NCBI GenBank assembly: GCA_964442455.1
Contig: CAYTZB010000002.1
Span: 11,159 to 75,158 of the forward strand
DNA from: an uncultured Gammaproteobacteria bacterium
GTDB lineage: Bacteria > Patescibacteriota > Microgenomatia > UBA8517 > JACQJR01
Direction: 5' to 3'
Length of the DNA stretch: 64,000 bases
Of the stretch, positions 40,731 through 51,014 are shown piece after piece (within the stretch, counting starts at the first letter, position 1; the number at the start of each line of letters is the position of its first letter). The position numbers and the translations under genes were made by a program. The notes under the pieces were generated by a model. The model did not search any database, was not told the origin of the DNA, and saw only the letters and a program-made list of their open reading frames with translations.

Positions 40731-40975
40731 TTTGTTTCTCGAAATGGATTTGGATAAATATCTTTGAATGGATTAGTCTTTGCCTGAAATACATCAACTT
40801 CAGGTAGCTTATTTTTTATGGGGTTTTGAGCTTCTTTGAATATCTGCTCTCCCAAAGATGGTTGCCTCATTTTTGTATTCCAGTACCAAAAACCAAAAAG
40901 CCCTGCAAGAACAAGAAGTACGAGAAGAATCGGAACAACAGTTCCTCTTTGAGAAGTCAGATTTCTCTGGGGCAT
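40727..40975 (-). CDS. small membrane-anchored protein
   Basis: QRG + hydrophobic helix; ATGA-coupled to the Cys-rich gene. Confidence 0.6.
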   Translation of the reverse strand: MPQRNLTSQRGTVVPILLVLLVLAGLFGFWYWNTKMRQPSLGEQIFKEAQNPIKNKLPEVDVFQAKTNPFKDIYPNPFRETK

Positions 40976-41110
40976 TAATTAATTATTGCTCTCCAAAATT
41001 AAGGTTGTCAAGTCAAAGTGGTACGGGGCAGGTTCTAAATGTGGGATAGCGTAACTTGAATTCCGCACAGATAACGACATGAAGATATTCTATTAGAGAT
41101 TTTAGAAAAG

Positions 41111-41743
41111 TTAGTAGGAGATTACAACTGTTTTGTCCAACCACTCATTGTTCGTTAATGATTTGAGCATAAAGTCCGCAACATCGGCTCTCGAGATACT
41201 ATCTCCTGGCTTAACATCGAGCTTCTCGCCTACTCGGTACTTACCAGTTTTTTCTCCGTCTGTGAGCGATAAGGGGCGTATAATTAGATAGTCCAACCCA
41301 CTTTCACGCGTCTCACTTTCTTGTTTAATCTTGTCATCTATCATAGGTCGCGCAAGCGTAATTTGTTCTTCGGTCATACCAGAATTTTTTAAAAATTCCA
41401 TTCCCTCTGGTGAGCCGCTCATTGGATACGAACTTTGGACAATTAACCGTTTGGTGTTGTGCTTCTTCATGAATTTTATGATATTGGTTGTCCCTTGAGC
41501 CATCACATTTCCCCCATCAGGTTTTGGGCCAAGTGCGACTACTACAGCATCAACACCGTCTACTCCAGCATCAACCGTTTCAGATTTTACAACATCTCCT
41601 TGGACAAAGGAGAGCTTGTCATTTTTGATCGTCATTTTTTGGGAATCTCTGACAAATGCTTTAACCTCTATACCTTGCTCCAAGGCCTGCTGCACTACCT
41701 GCATACCAGTTTTACCTGTTGCCCCAAACACTGCAATTTTCAT
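41111..41743 (-). CDS. NAD(P)H-binding (flavin reductase-like) oxidoreductase
   Basis: IAVFGATGKTG, IIRP, ISRADVA; GGAGG RBS. Confidence 0.9.
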   Translation of the reverse strand: MKIAVFGATGKTGMQVVQQALEQGIEVKAFVRDSQKMTIKNDKLSFVQGDVVKSETVDAGVDGVDAVVVALGPKPDGGNVMAQGTTNIIKFMKKHNTKRLIVQSSYPMSGSPEGMEFLKNSGMTEEQITLARPMIDDKIKQESETRESGLDYLIIRPLSLTDGEKTGKYRVGEKLDVKPGDSISRADVADFMLKSLTNNEWLDKTVVISY

Positions 41744-42038
41744 TTCTCTCACTTCCCCTCCTCTTTTTGGTGTAATATAAATTTCAACAATTTGCAAGAG
41801 GTTATTACTCAGCATTTACCACCTGAAAGGTGGATTACTTTGACACCTAGGAGAATTTTACTCAGCCTTCGTTAGAATCAAAACAACAAAATTTGTCTTA
41901 TTTGATGCAGTTAACTTTCCCAACAACTCCAGCCAAGAACTCAATCTTTAACCCACCTCCAAAAACTACAAAACTTTCTAGGTGAATAAAATCAAATTAG
42001 ATTATGTTATGTGCGATTCTCCACTTTCCGGGGCATTG

Positions 42039-42545
42039 TTAGAACGATCCTTCCAACACGTGGGCTTCGGGTTTGCCGTCCAAACCTTGGACTTCGGTTT
42101 CCTCGGTAACCACCACATCTTTATAATCGGGGTAATTTTGTGATGCAGTAAAGGTGAGAACGTAATCACTGCCCTGTTTTGTCAACTTTCCCGTTGAGAA
42201 GAAGGTAAGCGAAGGTATCTTCTTAACAAGCCATCCTTCATAGAATTTCCCTTTTTTCAGATCTTCCAGGCTTGCCCGCACTGTATGGGTAAATGTTGTT
42301 CCGTCAAAACTTCTGGTGGCAGTACCTGATCCCTTATACTTGCCAACGGCCGAGAGCGTTGCTGTCTCAACAGTTGCCTCTTTTTCTTCATCCACGGATG
42401 GAAACCCTTGCTCGGTTTGAGGAGAATACGGTAGTTTGTACCCACCCCCTGGACGCAAAAAGAAATAATAAACTCCACCGTAAATAATTACCCCGATCAA
42501 CGCATAAATCAGTACTCGCTGCCAAAAAGGTCTTTTACCGTACAT
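42039..42545 (-). CDS. membrane-anchored hypothetical protein (RskA C-terminal-like)
   Basis: TM; FYEGWL, VVVTEE, HVLEG. Confidence 0.65.
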   Translation of the reverse strand: MYGKRPFWQRVLIYALIGVIIYGGVYYFFLRPGGGYKLPYSPQTEQGFPSVDEEKEATVETATLSAVGKYKGSGTATRSFDGTTFTHTVRASLEDLKKGKFYEGWLVKKIPSLTFFSTGKLTKQGSDYVLTFTASQNYPDYKDVVVTEETEVQGLDGKPEAHVLEGSF

Positions 42546-42666
42546 ATTTTATGTAGACATATTTTTAGTATCTTGTCAATTTTTACACCTGCATATCTTC
42601 TGGGGAATTCCAAACATCTTGAAGGTCAAGAACAAATTTTAGGACTTTTGGGGAATTTTAGCACTT

Positions 42667-43263
42667 TTATTGATTTAGAACATCTTGTGGGGGTAAAGGA
42701 CGGAGGGTGAACCTAACATCCAAACGAAATTCGTCATAAAAATCTCTAAGTTTTTGAGAATCATCCTTGATTTCTCTAAACTTTTTCTCTACTTCTTCTC
42801 GATCAACTAAAGGAGTAAGCATATCGCGTGTAATTCCTATAGCCATACCAATAGGATGATAAGTCATAGGCAATAAAACAGGGTCAGGTTGTTCATTAGC
42901 AATTTCCCATCCCCACTCCAATAAAACAGTAAGCCTCGTGAGAAATTGACGTTGTTGTTCTGAAAACGTAACTTCTGGAACTTTTACCGCTCCTTCTTTC
43001 AATTTGGTCTGAAATTCTTCCAAGTACTCATAGATACCTTGGTTCCTTTCGTGCTCATACAAAAATGGGTCATCGTTAGTAATTATCCGAAGTGTGTCTA
43101 TGGTAAGTTCATTTAAAATTCCTAACCGAGATCTTCCTAAACTCATCCCAGCAACGGATAAAGCAAACGCTTGATAGCGACATACCGTAAATACTTGACG
43201 TAAATATTCTTTCGTCTCTTGGTTCAAATGTTCAGAATATTGCCCGAATTCTTTAGGTGTCAT
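42667..43263 (-). CDS. hypothetical protein (orphan)
   Basis: 198-aa ORF with TGGTAAAAT 10 nt upstream. Confidence 0.65.
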   Translation of the reverse strand: MTPKEFGQYSEHLNQETKEYLRQVFTVCRYQAFALSVAGMSLGRSRLGILNELTIDTLRIITNDDPFLYEHERNQGIYEYLEEFQTKLKEGAVKVPEVTFSEQQRQFLTRLTVLLEWGWEIANEQPDPVLLPMTYHPIGMAIGITRDMLTPLVDREEVEKKFREIKDDSQKLRDFYDEFRLDVRFTLRPLPPQDVLNQ

Positions 43264-43291
43264 AGCACAACGGATTTTACCATTTTTGAGG

Positions 43292-43945
43292 CTAAGAGGC
43301 TATATAATAATCTGATCCTTCAACAAATACCGCTTGTTCGTTTGTTATTTTAATGAGTTCATATTTATTTCCATACTCCTCAATAATTTTTTGAAATTTA
43401 TCTTCATATTTTTTATCTCCGTAATGTGGTAGTACCACAAAATTAACTAGATTTAATCCCTCAGTTGATTGAAGATCAGGTGCAGCTGATGGATCATCAA
43501 GTAATTCAACTGGTTTGATATCTGGGCCTGCTAAAGTAGCTCCTGCGCTTGAACCGATATACAAAACTCTTTCCCCGAAAACTAATCTTTTTACTACCTT
43601 ATCAAAGCCACTTTTTTGTACCTTATCAAGTAGGTAAAAGGTATTTCCACCCGCAACAAAAATTATATCTATATTTCTTAGCTCTTCCCCTAGTTCTCTT
43701 TTTGTTTTATCTTTTATATCAACATCAAAAACATCAAAGCCTACTTCAACTAATTTATTTCTATCTTCTTTTACAAACCATTTATCTTTATATGGATTAG
43801 CTGCTGTAGGAATAAACGCTACTCGAGTCTGATTTCTAGGTTTATTAGGAAATAAATTAGCAGCTTTGTCTAGTGATTTAGAAGCAACAGATGCAAGAAA
43901 TAATCTCGGAGTAACACTACTAACTTTCACTGTAACCTGAGACAT
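43292..43945 (-). CDS. peptidase S51 (PepE-like)
   Basis: FIPTA, VAGGNT, GSSAG, LPHY. Confidence 0.88.
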   Translation of the reverse strand: MSQVTVKVSSVTPRLFLASVASKSLDKAANLFPNKPRNQTRVAFIPTAANPYKDKWFVKEDRNKLVEVGFDVFDVDIKDKTKRELGEELRNIDIIFVAGGNTFYLLDKVQKSGFDKVVKRLVFGERVLYIGSSAGATLAGPDIKPVELLDDPSAAPDLQSTEGLNLVNFVVLPHYGDKKYEDKFQKIIEEYGNKYELIKITNEQAVFVEGSDYYIAS

Positions 43946-43983
43946 GAGTAAAATCTATAACCTTTGTGGCATATTATCTAGAT

Positions 43984-44931
43984 TTAACTGACTACATTCT
44001 GAGGTTTTCCTTTGAGAAAACCTTCTATATTACCAATGAAGATTTCTTGCTTAGCTATCCTCGCCTCATCTGAAATATAACCAATAGGCGGATACAATAT
44101 ACAATTTTTATACTTTGATAATTTCTTAGCATCTTTCGGATCTAATTCATCCGAATGATCTGATATAAATGTTATGTCTCCCTTTTTTAATCTTTCTTCT
44201 AACGCATCTAAATCTGTTATCTCGTTCGGAACTGTACTGATAATCAAAGCTCTTGGTTTAATACTATTTATCCTTTTTTTATTTAAGAAATGTTTAGTTT
44301 CCGGAGTTTCAGCCAAGTGAAGAGAAATAATATCTGCCTTTGAAATCAACTCATCTACATTTTGATACTTAATACCAGCTTTTTCTAAATCTTTTTTCCT
44401 ATGCTCTGACCAATATCTCACATCTGCCCCAAAACCTTTCGCAATTTCTGCTACTCTACTCCCAATTCTTCCTAAACCAATTATCCCAAATAATTTATCC
44501 TTTATTTCTGTGGCTTTAAATTCTGCTTCTGAATAATTACCCTTACGTGCTTGTTCCTTTGCTTTTGTTATCTCTCTTATTTTTTCTAAAAGTACCGCAA
44601 AAACAAATTCTGCAACTGATTCTGTAGCATAGCCCGGAACATTTGAGACAATTATTTTTTTCTTTTTTGCATAGCCAACATCAACTTTTCCATACGCCGT
44701 TGCCAAAACACCAACAAATTTTAAATGAGGGGCTCTATCTATTTCTTTTTTACCAACATCAATTTGAAATCCTGTTAATATACAGTCCGTATCAGATAAT
44801 TCTCTTGAGATTTGAAGACTATCTTTTGGCAAAAATACCTTTTTCTCAATTATTGCATCAAGCTTTTGCCAATACTTTTTATCAAGGCTTGGGGTAGTAA
44901 TATTAATAAAGAGTACTTTCTTAAATTTCAT
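43984..44931 (-). CDS. D-2-hydroxyacid dehydrogenase family protein
   Basis: NVPGYATESVAE, GIIGLGRIG, DIISLH. Confidence 0.85.
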   Translation of the reverse strand: MKFKKVLFINITTPSLDKKYWQKLDAIIEKKVFLPKDSLQISRELSDTDCILTGFQIDVGKKEIDRAPHLKFVGVLATAYGKVDVGYAKKKKIIVSNVPGYATESVAEFVFAVLLEKIREITKAKEQARKGNYSEAEFKATEIKDKLFGIIGLGRIGSRVAEIAKGFGADVRYWSEHRKKDLEKAGIKYQNVDELISKADIISLHLAETPETKHFLNKKRINSIKPRALIISTVPNEITDLDALEERLKKGDITFISDHSDELDPKDAKKLSKYKNCILYPPIGYISDEARIAKQEIFIGNIEGFLKGKPQNVVS

Positions 44932-44981
44932 AATCAAGCACATTCTACTCCTTTAAGGAAAGGATTGCCAGAGATATGAGG

Positions 44982-45512
44982 TTAAGTCGTAGTTAGAGTT
45001 GGTTGGAGCTTTCGACTCATAGTCCTTAATCCCTTTTTAATTTCTTGAAACGCACGGAGGTTTGTTCGGTAATACTGATCTCCACCAGTTTCTCTTACTA
45101 GTCTTCTAGTGCGATCAATTTCTATCTGGGTAGCTGTAAGTAACATTGCGTATTTTGCTTCATCACCTGCTAAACCATGAGTGGCAAGGAAATCTGGATA
45201 CCGTGCTATTAAGGCAGCTGTTATCTCTAATGTATTTTCCTCTTCAGGGTCGTAATATGCATCTATTTGTTCAACCAAAGCTTCACCTATTTGTATAGGA
45301 TTTAATCTTCCTTCCCCATAAAAATCGCGGAATTGATAAGCATCCGTAAAAAATTTAAGTCGTAATCTGGCTTGGGAATAATCTGCAGGAAAAGCAAGTT
45401 GTTGGGCAATCGACTCAGGAGTGGGTGAAAAAAGTTCACCTTTATCAAAAGTTCTACCGGCAAAAGTTATCTCTGTTCTCCTGCCTATCGATACTTCACT
45501 CGCGCTTGGCAT
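44982..45512 (-). CDS. hypothetical protein (orphan)
   Basis: ORF with TTGACA-16bp-TATAAT promoter. Confidence 0.65.
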   Translation of the reverse strand: MPSASEVSIGRRTEITFAGRTFDKGELFSPTPESIAQQLAFPADYSQARLRLKFFTDAYQFRDFYGEGRLNPIQIGEALVEQIDAYYDPEEENTLEITAALIARYPDFLATHGLAGDEAKYAMLLTATQIEIDRTRRLVRETGGDQYYRTNLRAFQEIKKGLRTMSRKLQPTLTTT

Positions 45513-45588
45513 ATACAAGGATTATATCTTTAAAGCTTAATTTGTCAAATCTCTAATTGGGGTTGTGTGCATTTTACCATTTTTGAGG

Positions 45589-45804
45589 CTATTTTAGTTT
45601 AATGAATTCTTTCTCGGTAGATTTAGCTTGTTTAATAATCCCTAGCAGCAATCCCCTTCTAACATCCCTTGAATGCATTGGGACTGAAATAGTGATTTTC
45701 GAAACAGGATGGAAAATAATAACATGACTACCGGATTGTCTTCTTTTTATATAACCCAACTTCTGAAGAATTGAAACAATTTCTTTGGGTCTAAAAGAAG
45801 CCAT
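45589..45804 (-). CDS. hicA: HicA family toxin
   Basis: LQKLGY..RQSGSH..VPMH. Confidence 0.9.
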   Translation of the reverse strand: MASFRPKEIVSILQKLGYIKRRQSGSHVIIFHPVSKITISVPMHSRDVRRGLLLGIIKQAKSTEKEFIKLK

Positions 45805-46061
45805 TAAAGTGAGGCAATGGGTACACTAACTTTAGTGACGATTACATCCTCATTCTCAGTAGGAACTTTTTGGCCTTCGTCTTTCAACACTGCCAGGTAA
45901 CCCTCGATTGCATCTTTTGCCATTGCCATCGCTTCTTCAAAAGTATCACCTTCTGTAATACAACCAGGTAAAACAGGCACTGTTACCACATACCCACCTT
46001 CTTCAGCTGGTTCAAAAACCGCAGTATATTTTAAAACTTTTGCAACTTTGTTTTTAGCCAT
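45804..46061 (-). CDS. hicB: HicB family antitoxin (short form)
   Basis: EEGGYVVTVPVLPGCITEGDTFEEA. Confidence 0.9.
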   Translation of the reverse strand: MAKNKVAKVLKYTAVFEPAEEGGYVVTVPVLPGCITEGDTFEEAMAMAKDAIEGYLAVLKDEGQKVPTENEDVIVTKVSVPIASL

Positions 46062-46176
46062 AAGCGTAGCTTGTGGCTAAGCTTTGCTTAACCATAGCTC
46101 TGTAATTATAGCACAATTTCTCTTGTTAATAACCTGCTTGATCTTTAATATTTTTAATAAAACTCATTGTAGAATC

Positions 46177-46644
46177 CTAATTTAATAATACTATTGCTAC
46201 GTTTAAAACAGAAGCAAAGCTGACCCACAAGATATACGGAACCAACAAATATGCTGCCAATTTTGAAATTGGATAAAAGTATTTAATTGTCAAAAATATC
46301 GTTATCCATAAAGCTACTATCTCAATAAACGCTAAAGTTGGATTTTTAAGTCCAAAAAATAAAATGGACCATAATGCATTCAGTCCTAATTGGATAAAAA
46401 ATAAAGTAAGTACTTTTTGTTTAATTTTACTTTTGGAAACCCACACAAAGTAAAGCGATATTCCCATTAAAATATAAAGCGTTGTCCATACAGGGGCAAA
46501 AACCCAATTAGGAGGAGAAAAGATGGGTTTATTTAATGTTGCATACCAGGTGGGAATTGCGGAAACTGTAAAAAATGAACCAATGAAACCTGCCCCCAAG
46601 CAAACTCCAATTGACAGAAGCAGTTGTGGAATTTTAACGGACAT
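46177..46644 (-). CDS. tspO: TspO/MBR sensory protein
   Basis: WYATLNKP..PPNWVFAPVW, LNALWS, PYILWVSFA. Confidence 0.93.
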   Translation of the reverse strand: MSVKIPQLLLSIGVCLGAGFIGSFFTVSAIPTWYATLNKPIFSPPNWVFAPVWTTLYILMGISLYFVWVSKSKIKQKVLTLFFIQLGLNALWSILFFGLKNPTLAFIEIVALWITIFLTIKYFYPISKLAAYLLVPYILWVSFASVLNVAIVLLN

Positions 46645-46674
46645 TAATAAGGGAGATTATCCTAGACAATGGTT

Positions 46675-47454
46675 CTACTTCTTTCTTCTATTTCTACCTT
46701 TAAAAACAAGTACAATAATAATTCCTATAATTAGACCAGCAACGAGGCCGGAATTCTTTTGGTGGAAAATGTCTCTTGACTTTTCAGCAAACTGGATCAT
46801 AGTATCACCCAAACTCACTTCTTCCTCTTCCACTATTTCTATGTGTTCTGGAGGAATTTGATAGCGTTTATCTTTATCCGGAGGTTCAGGTACTTTTGGC
46901 TGCTCCTCTTCGCTTATCTCCCCGTCAGCGCAAAGGCGGTTATACTCTGGTCTAGGAACGACCTGAACATCAACTGAGAACCCAAACTCAGAATTTGCTG
47001 CACCAAATTGACCTTGGCCTGCCCCGATTACTAGACCCAAAGTACTTACATCCCACCCAGTTGCATCCGAATCATTTAAGGTCATCATTATAGTAAAAGA
47101 CCTTTCTAGGGGCGTGCAGTTCAAATGGTTATATATAACCATAGGAAAAGTCCCGGGGAAAGTGGTTATTGGGGGTGCACTCACACTCACATACCCAGTG
47201 GTAGGAATACTGCCTGTAACTGGATTATGCTTAGGCTGGGTTACTGTATAATCAAGTGAAAGTTCACCGGAAGCAAAAGTATCCATGTCGTCGGCAACAC
47301 TAACGCTTATGAGCCGAATAACCTCCTGATATGCAGGTGGTCTTGGTGGGTCGAGATGGGCTAGAGCTAATCCTGGAGTAAACAAAGCAACATTAAAAAG
47401 AAGCAAAATTATAAAAAGTTTTGTAGTGAATCTTTTTAAGGCAGAAAATCTCAT
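46675..47454 (-). CDS. exported protein with C-terminal TM anchor
   Basis: ALA signal peptide; C-terminal TM + basic tail. Confidence 0.7.
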   Translation of the reverse strand: MRFSALKRFTTKLFIILLLFNVALFTPGLALAHLDPPRPPAYQEVIRLISVSVADDMDTFASGELSLDYTVTQPKHNPVTGSIPTTGYVSVSAPPITTFPGTFPMVIYNHLNCTPLERSFTIMMTLNDSDATGWDVSTLGLVIGAGQGQFGAANSEFGFSVDVQVVPRPEYNRLCADGEISEEEQPKVPEPPDKDKRYQIPPEHIEIVEEEEVSLGDTMIQFAEKSRDIFHQKNSGLVAGLIIGIIIVLVFKGRNRRKK

Positions 47455-47508
47455 CGGAAATTTACCCTATATCTAGTTTTCCCTTTTAAAAATCTTTTGT
47501 CAAGTGCC

Positions 47509-48723
47509 TTATTCATAACGAAGTGCTTCAATCGGGCTCAATTTTGAGGCGCGGCGGGCAGGCATTACGCCGAAAACAATCCCAACAATAACCGAAACTC
47601 CAAATGCAACAAGAATAGCCCACAAGTTAACCGTTGTTGTAATAAAGCGCCCGACAAGTAAACTCCCGGCAACACCTATTAATATCCCCATCATTCCCCC
47701 TCCGACCGAAAGCACAACCGCCTCGGTCAAGAATTGCATCAAAATAATCTTGGGAGTCGCACCAACTGCTTTACGAAGTCCTATCTCTCGTGTCCGCTCT
47801 GTAACAGACACCAACATAATGTTCATAATACCAATTCCTCCCACCAAAAGGGATATTGCCGCTATTCCCCCAAGCGCTAAGGTAAGCGTGTTTAAAATAT
47901 TGGATACTGTTGAAAGAATTTCTTTTTGGTCAATAATAGTGAATTCATCCGGATCCAAATGCTCCTCAAGGACTGTTTGAACATCACGAGCCACAGTAGG
48001 TATATCTTGCGCTTTTTCGACTTGAATATAAATAAAACTTATATTATCTAAATTAAACTGCTGCCGGAGAGTTGTTATTGGTACAATCACTTGATCATCA
48101 ACACTTGTCTGACCAAAGCCGCCTGTTTTTTCCAAAATCCCGATTACCGTATAACGAACGTCTCCCATAACTACCCTACTGCCTACCCCCTCCTCGCTAC
48201 TGCCAAATAAGTTTTCTGCAACGGTTGAGCCAAGCACTACCACACGCGAGGCTCTTGAAACGTCAGCTGTGGTAAAGAAGTCACCCCTACCTACGCTTGT
48301 GTTTCTAACGCTGGGAAACTCTGTTGTTGTCCCAATAATCTGAACGCCTTTTCTCTCATCTGCGTATCGGATTGAGCTTCCAGCATATGCTACTCCGACT
48401 GCCTCAACAATTCCTGAGACGTTCTCTCGAATCCTCTCGACATCCTCTTCTTTAATTTTTGAGGTAGTGAACGAGCCCAGTGCTCCCCCACCCGCCGCCG
48501 GACCACCACGACTTACCTCAAGCTCTCCCGGAACAACCAAAAGAAGATTTGAGCCTAATCCTTGTAACTCTCCGGTTACGAGAGTTCTGAATCCTGACCC
48601 AATAGAAACCAAAAGGATAACTGAGGAAACACCAATAATAACACCCAACATTGTCAGAAATGACCTAAATCTATTTGCAAGAAGTGCTCGTAGCGCGATG
48701 GTTGCAAGTTGCTCAAGTTGCAT
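47509..48723 (-). CDS. MacB/FtsX-type ABC transporter permease
   Basis: RSFLTMLG, GGIGIMNIMLVSVTERTREIG, PIEALRYE. Confidence 0.93.
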   Translation of the reverse strand: MQLEQLATIALRALLANRFRSFLTMLGVIIGVSSVILLVSIGSGFRTLVTGELQGLGSNLLLVVPGELEVSRGGPAAGGGALGSFTTSKIKEEDVERIRENVSGIVEAVGVAYAGSSIRYADERKGVQIIGTTTEFPSVRNTSVGRGDFFTTADVSRASRVVVLGSTVAENLFGSSEEGVGSRVVMGDVRYTVIGILEKTGGFGQTSVDDQVIVPITTLRQQFNLDNISFIYIQVEKAQDIPTVARDVQTVLEEHLDPDEFTIIDQKEILSTVSNILNTLTLALGGIAAISLLVGGIGIMNIMLVSVTERTREIGLRKAVGATPKIILMQFLTEAVVLSVGGGMMGILIGVAGSLLVGRFITTTVNLWAILVAFGVSVIVGIVFGVMPARRASKLSPIEALRYE

Positions 48724-49405
48724 GCTTTGTAATTTTGCCGTCTTTTAAATAGATAATCCTTCGGGCTTGTCGGGCAATAGATGCTTCGTGTGTCACAATA
48801 ATCACAGTTTTTCCTTGTCTATTGAGTTGTTTAAAGATACTAACAATTTCCGCCGTTGTTCGCGAATCAAGATTGCCGGTGGGCTCATCGGCCAACAAAA
48901 ATTTGGGATTATTAACAAGCGCCCGTGCAATTGCAACACGCTGTTGCTGGCCTCCAGATAATTGATTCGCATGATGTTGTGCGTGTTCAAGAAGACCAAC
49001 GCTTCGCAGTGCCTCAAGCGCTTGCTCATTCCTTTCTACTTCTAGTGTTTCACTGTAAAGAAGAGGCAAGGCAACGTTTTCCAGTGCAGTCGTTCGTTCA
49101 AGAAGATTAAACTGTTGAAATACAAAACCAAGTTTTTTATTTCGTACTGTAGCAAGTTCACTCTCGGACAGTTGAGAAATGTCCTCTCCTTCAAAAATAA
49201 CACTTCCAACTGTCGGGGTATCAAGAAGTCCAATAATATGCATTAATGTCGATTTACCAGAACCAGACGCGCCCGTGATTGACACAAATTCTCCTTCTTT
49301 AATTGTCAAGGATACATTGTCTAACGCATGAACCGTATGCTCGCCCACCTTATACAGTTTGGATACATTAACAAGTTCGATTAATACCTTATTCACTCCT
49401 CTCAT
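48713..49405 (-). CDS. ABC transporter ATP-binding protein
   Basis: [26 protein letters not shown]. Confidence 0.95.
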   Translation of the reverse strand: MRGVNKVLIELVNVSKLYKVGEHTVHALDNVSLTIKEGEFVSITGASGSGKSTLMHIIGLLDTPTVGSVIFEGEDISQLSESELATVRNKKLGFVFQQFNLLERTTALENVALPLLYSETLEVERNEQALEALRSVGLLEHAQHHANQLSGGQQQRVAIARALVNNPKFLLADEPTGNLDSRTTAEIVSIFKQLNRQGKTVIIVTHEASIARQARRIIYLKDGKITKHAT

Positions 49406-50438
49406 CGCCTACTCCATCAACTATTACTGTATCACCCGCGTGTAAGCCCTCCGTAACTTCAACTTCTCTATCACTCTCAAGCCCTAATGAAACAGTCTGT
49501 CGTATCCGCTCCTGGCCACGGAGAACATATACAAACACATCGTTATCACTTCTTTTTATCACACGCCGCGGAACAACAAGAGCATCTTTTTTCTCATTAA
49601 TAATAAACTCTGCCTCTCCTGATAATCCTATGATAAATCGCTGATCTTGGGGGAGTGAAATTTTAACAGGAATTGCTGTACCACCGGTTGATGTTTGCTC
49701 TGCTACTTTTTTAATCTGTATAACTTTACCATTAAATTCTTCGTTTGGAAACGCATCAAGCACAACAATCACTTTTTGGTCTGTCTTTACTTTTCCAAAA
49801 TCAGCCTCATCAACAAGTGCGGTAAATACAATCGTCTGTGTACCAACAAGAGTAATAGTGTCTCCCGAAGAAACATTATTGCCCACAACCATTCCTTCTG
49901 TAACAGTAGCAATAATGCCGTCAAACGGCGCGAGGAGCGTTGCATCATTCAAATCTTTCTGTGCTTTTACAACCGCTTCATATGCTTTATCCTTTGCAAC
50001 CTCGGCGAGTGTTCGTTTTTCTTTTTGAGTAAAAGTTTCGTCAGTCTCATGACCTTTTACTTCATCATATACTCGTTCAAGCGTTGCCTCGGCTGCCCGT
50101 AAATCTGATAAAGCTCTCTGATAATCTGCGTTTAATTTTGTCGCATCAAGAGAAGCCAGCGCCTGTCCTCGAGTAACAGCATCTCCCTCGCGAGCATCAA
50201 TCCATGCAAGTTTCCCGGGAGTCTGAAACCGAAGTATTGCGCGGTTCTCTGTTGTAACCGAACCAGACGCAGAAACAGTAACACGTAAGTCCTTCTTAAC
50301 CACTTTTTCTGTCTCGAGGTTTTGCGGAGTTCTTCCTAAGAATCGTGCACCAAGAGGAGTTTGAGTAAATAAAAACAATCCTATAGCCCCAATGACCATC
50401 CCAATAAAAAATCGTCTGATATTTATTTTCGGAAACAT
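49389..50438 (-). CDS. MacA-like periplasmic adaptor (membrane fusion protein)
   Basis: lipoyl halves, coiled coil, APFDG, GL..GD.V. Confidence 0.88.
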   Translation of the reverse strand: MFPKINIRRFFIGMVIGAIGLFLFTQTPLGARFLGRTPQNLETEKVVKKDLRVTVSASGSVTTENRAILRFQTPGKLAWIDAREGDAVTRGQALASLDATKLNADYQRALSDLRAAEATLERVYDEVKGHETDETFTQKEKRTLAEVAKDKAYEAVVKAQKDLNDATLLAPFDGIIATVTEGMVVGNNVSSGDTITLVGTQTIVFTALVDEADFGKVKTDQKVIVVLDAFPNEEFNGKVIQIKKVAEQTSTGGTAIPVKISLPQDQRFIIGLSGEAEFIINEKKDALVVPRRVIKRSDNDVFVYVLRGQERIRQTVSLGLESDREVEVTEGLHAGDTVIVDGVGDERSE

Positions 50439-50492
50439 CGTCCTATAGTTTAGCACATTCGTTACTGGAGCGCAAAGTGGATCAGGAGCTAT

Positions 50493-50993
50493 TCACTCTT
50501 TCTTTTGTCTCATAAGCAATGGTATTGCAACTAAAAGTAAAATAGAAAAGAGCACAATTGGTACAATAACCGGTCCAACCCACGGGACCGGTACCAAGAA
50601 AAACACATCAATCTCCCAAAGACTTTTTGGCCATCCAAGAGTCCTATTAAGAAAAAGATAATATCCTAAATCCCATATAGAAAATGTAAAAATAAATGCC
50701 CAAAAACGTTCAATCTTGTCTTTCCCCCATATCCACGCAATCGAACCCAGCATAGTCAATGTTGCAAGTTCTCGTACATGTTCTATCCTCAAAAGCCATT
50801 GGTCGGGGAAAAGTGTCCCCGGACTTTTCAAGAATGCAATAAAAGGAAGTGTGAGTATTGTCGGAGGAGGTTCGTAAGAAAGTTTATGGGTTTCTTCAAT
50901 TGGCAAAATCTGATGCAAATATACAACAACGGCTGCCTCAACAAAGGCAAAAGCAAGAGAGAAGATACCCAAAACCAGTAATCTTTTCCTCAC
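50493..50993 (-). CDS. membrane protein
   Basis: 4 TM; EAAVVVY, WD..YY, PVPW; start uncertain (TGGTATAAT at 51001-51009). Confidence 0.7.
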   Translation of the reverse strand: MRKRLLVLGIFSLAFAFVEAAVVVYLHQILPIEETHKLSYEPPPTILTLPFIAFLKSPGTLFPDQWLLRIEHVRELATLTMLGSIAWIWGKDKIERFWAFIFTFSIWDLGYYLFLNRTLGWPKSLWEIDVFFLVPVPWVGPVIVPIVLFSILLLVAIPLLMRQKKE

Positions 50994-51014
50994 TACCCAT
51001 ATTATACCAGTCAC

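Larger units (their letters stand above)
43274..45591. repeat. 21-bp perfect direct repeat pair (43274-43294 and 45571-45591)
   Basis: ATTTTACCATTTTTGAGGCTA occurs twice. Confidence 0.85.
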
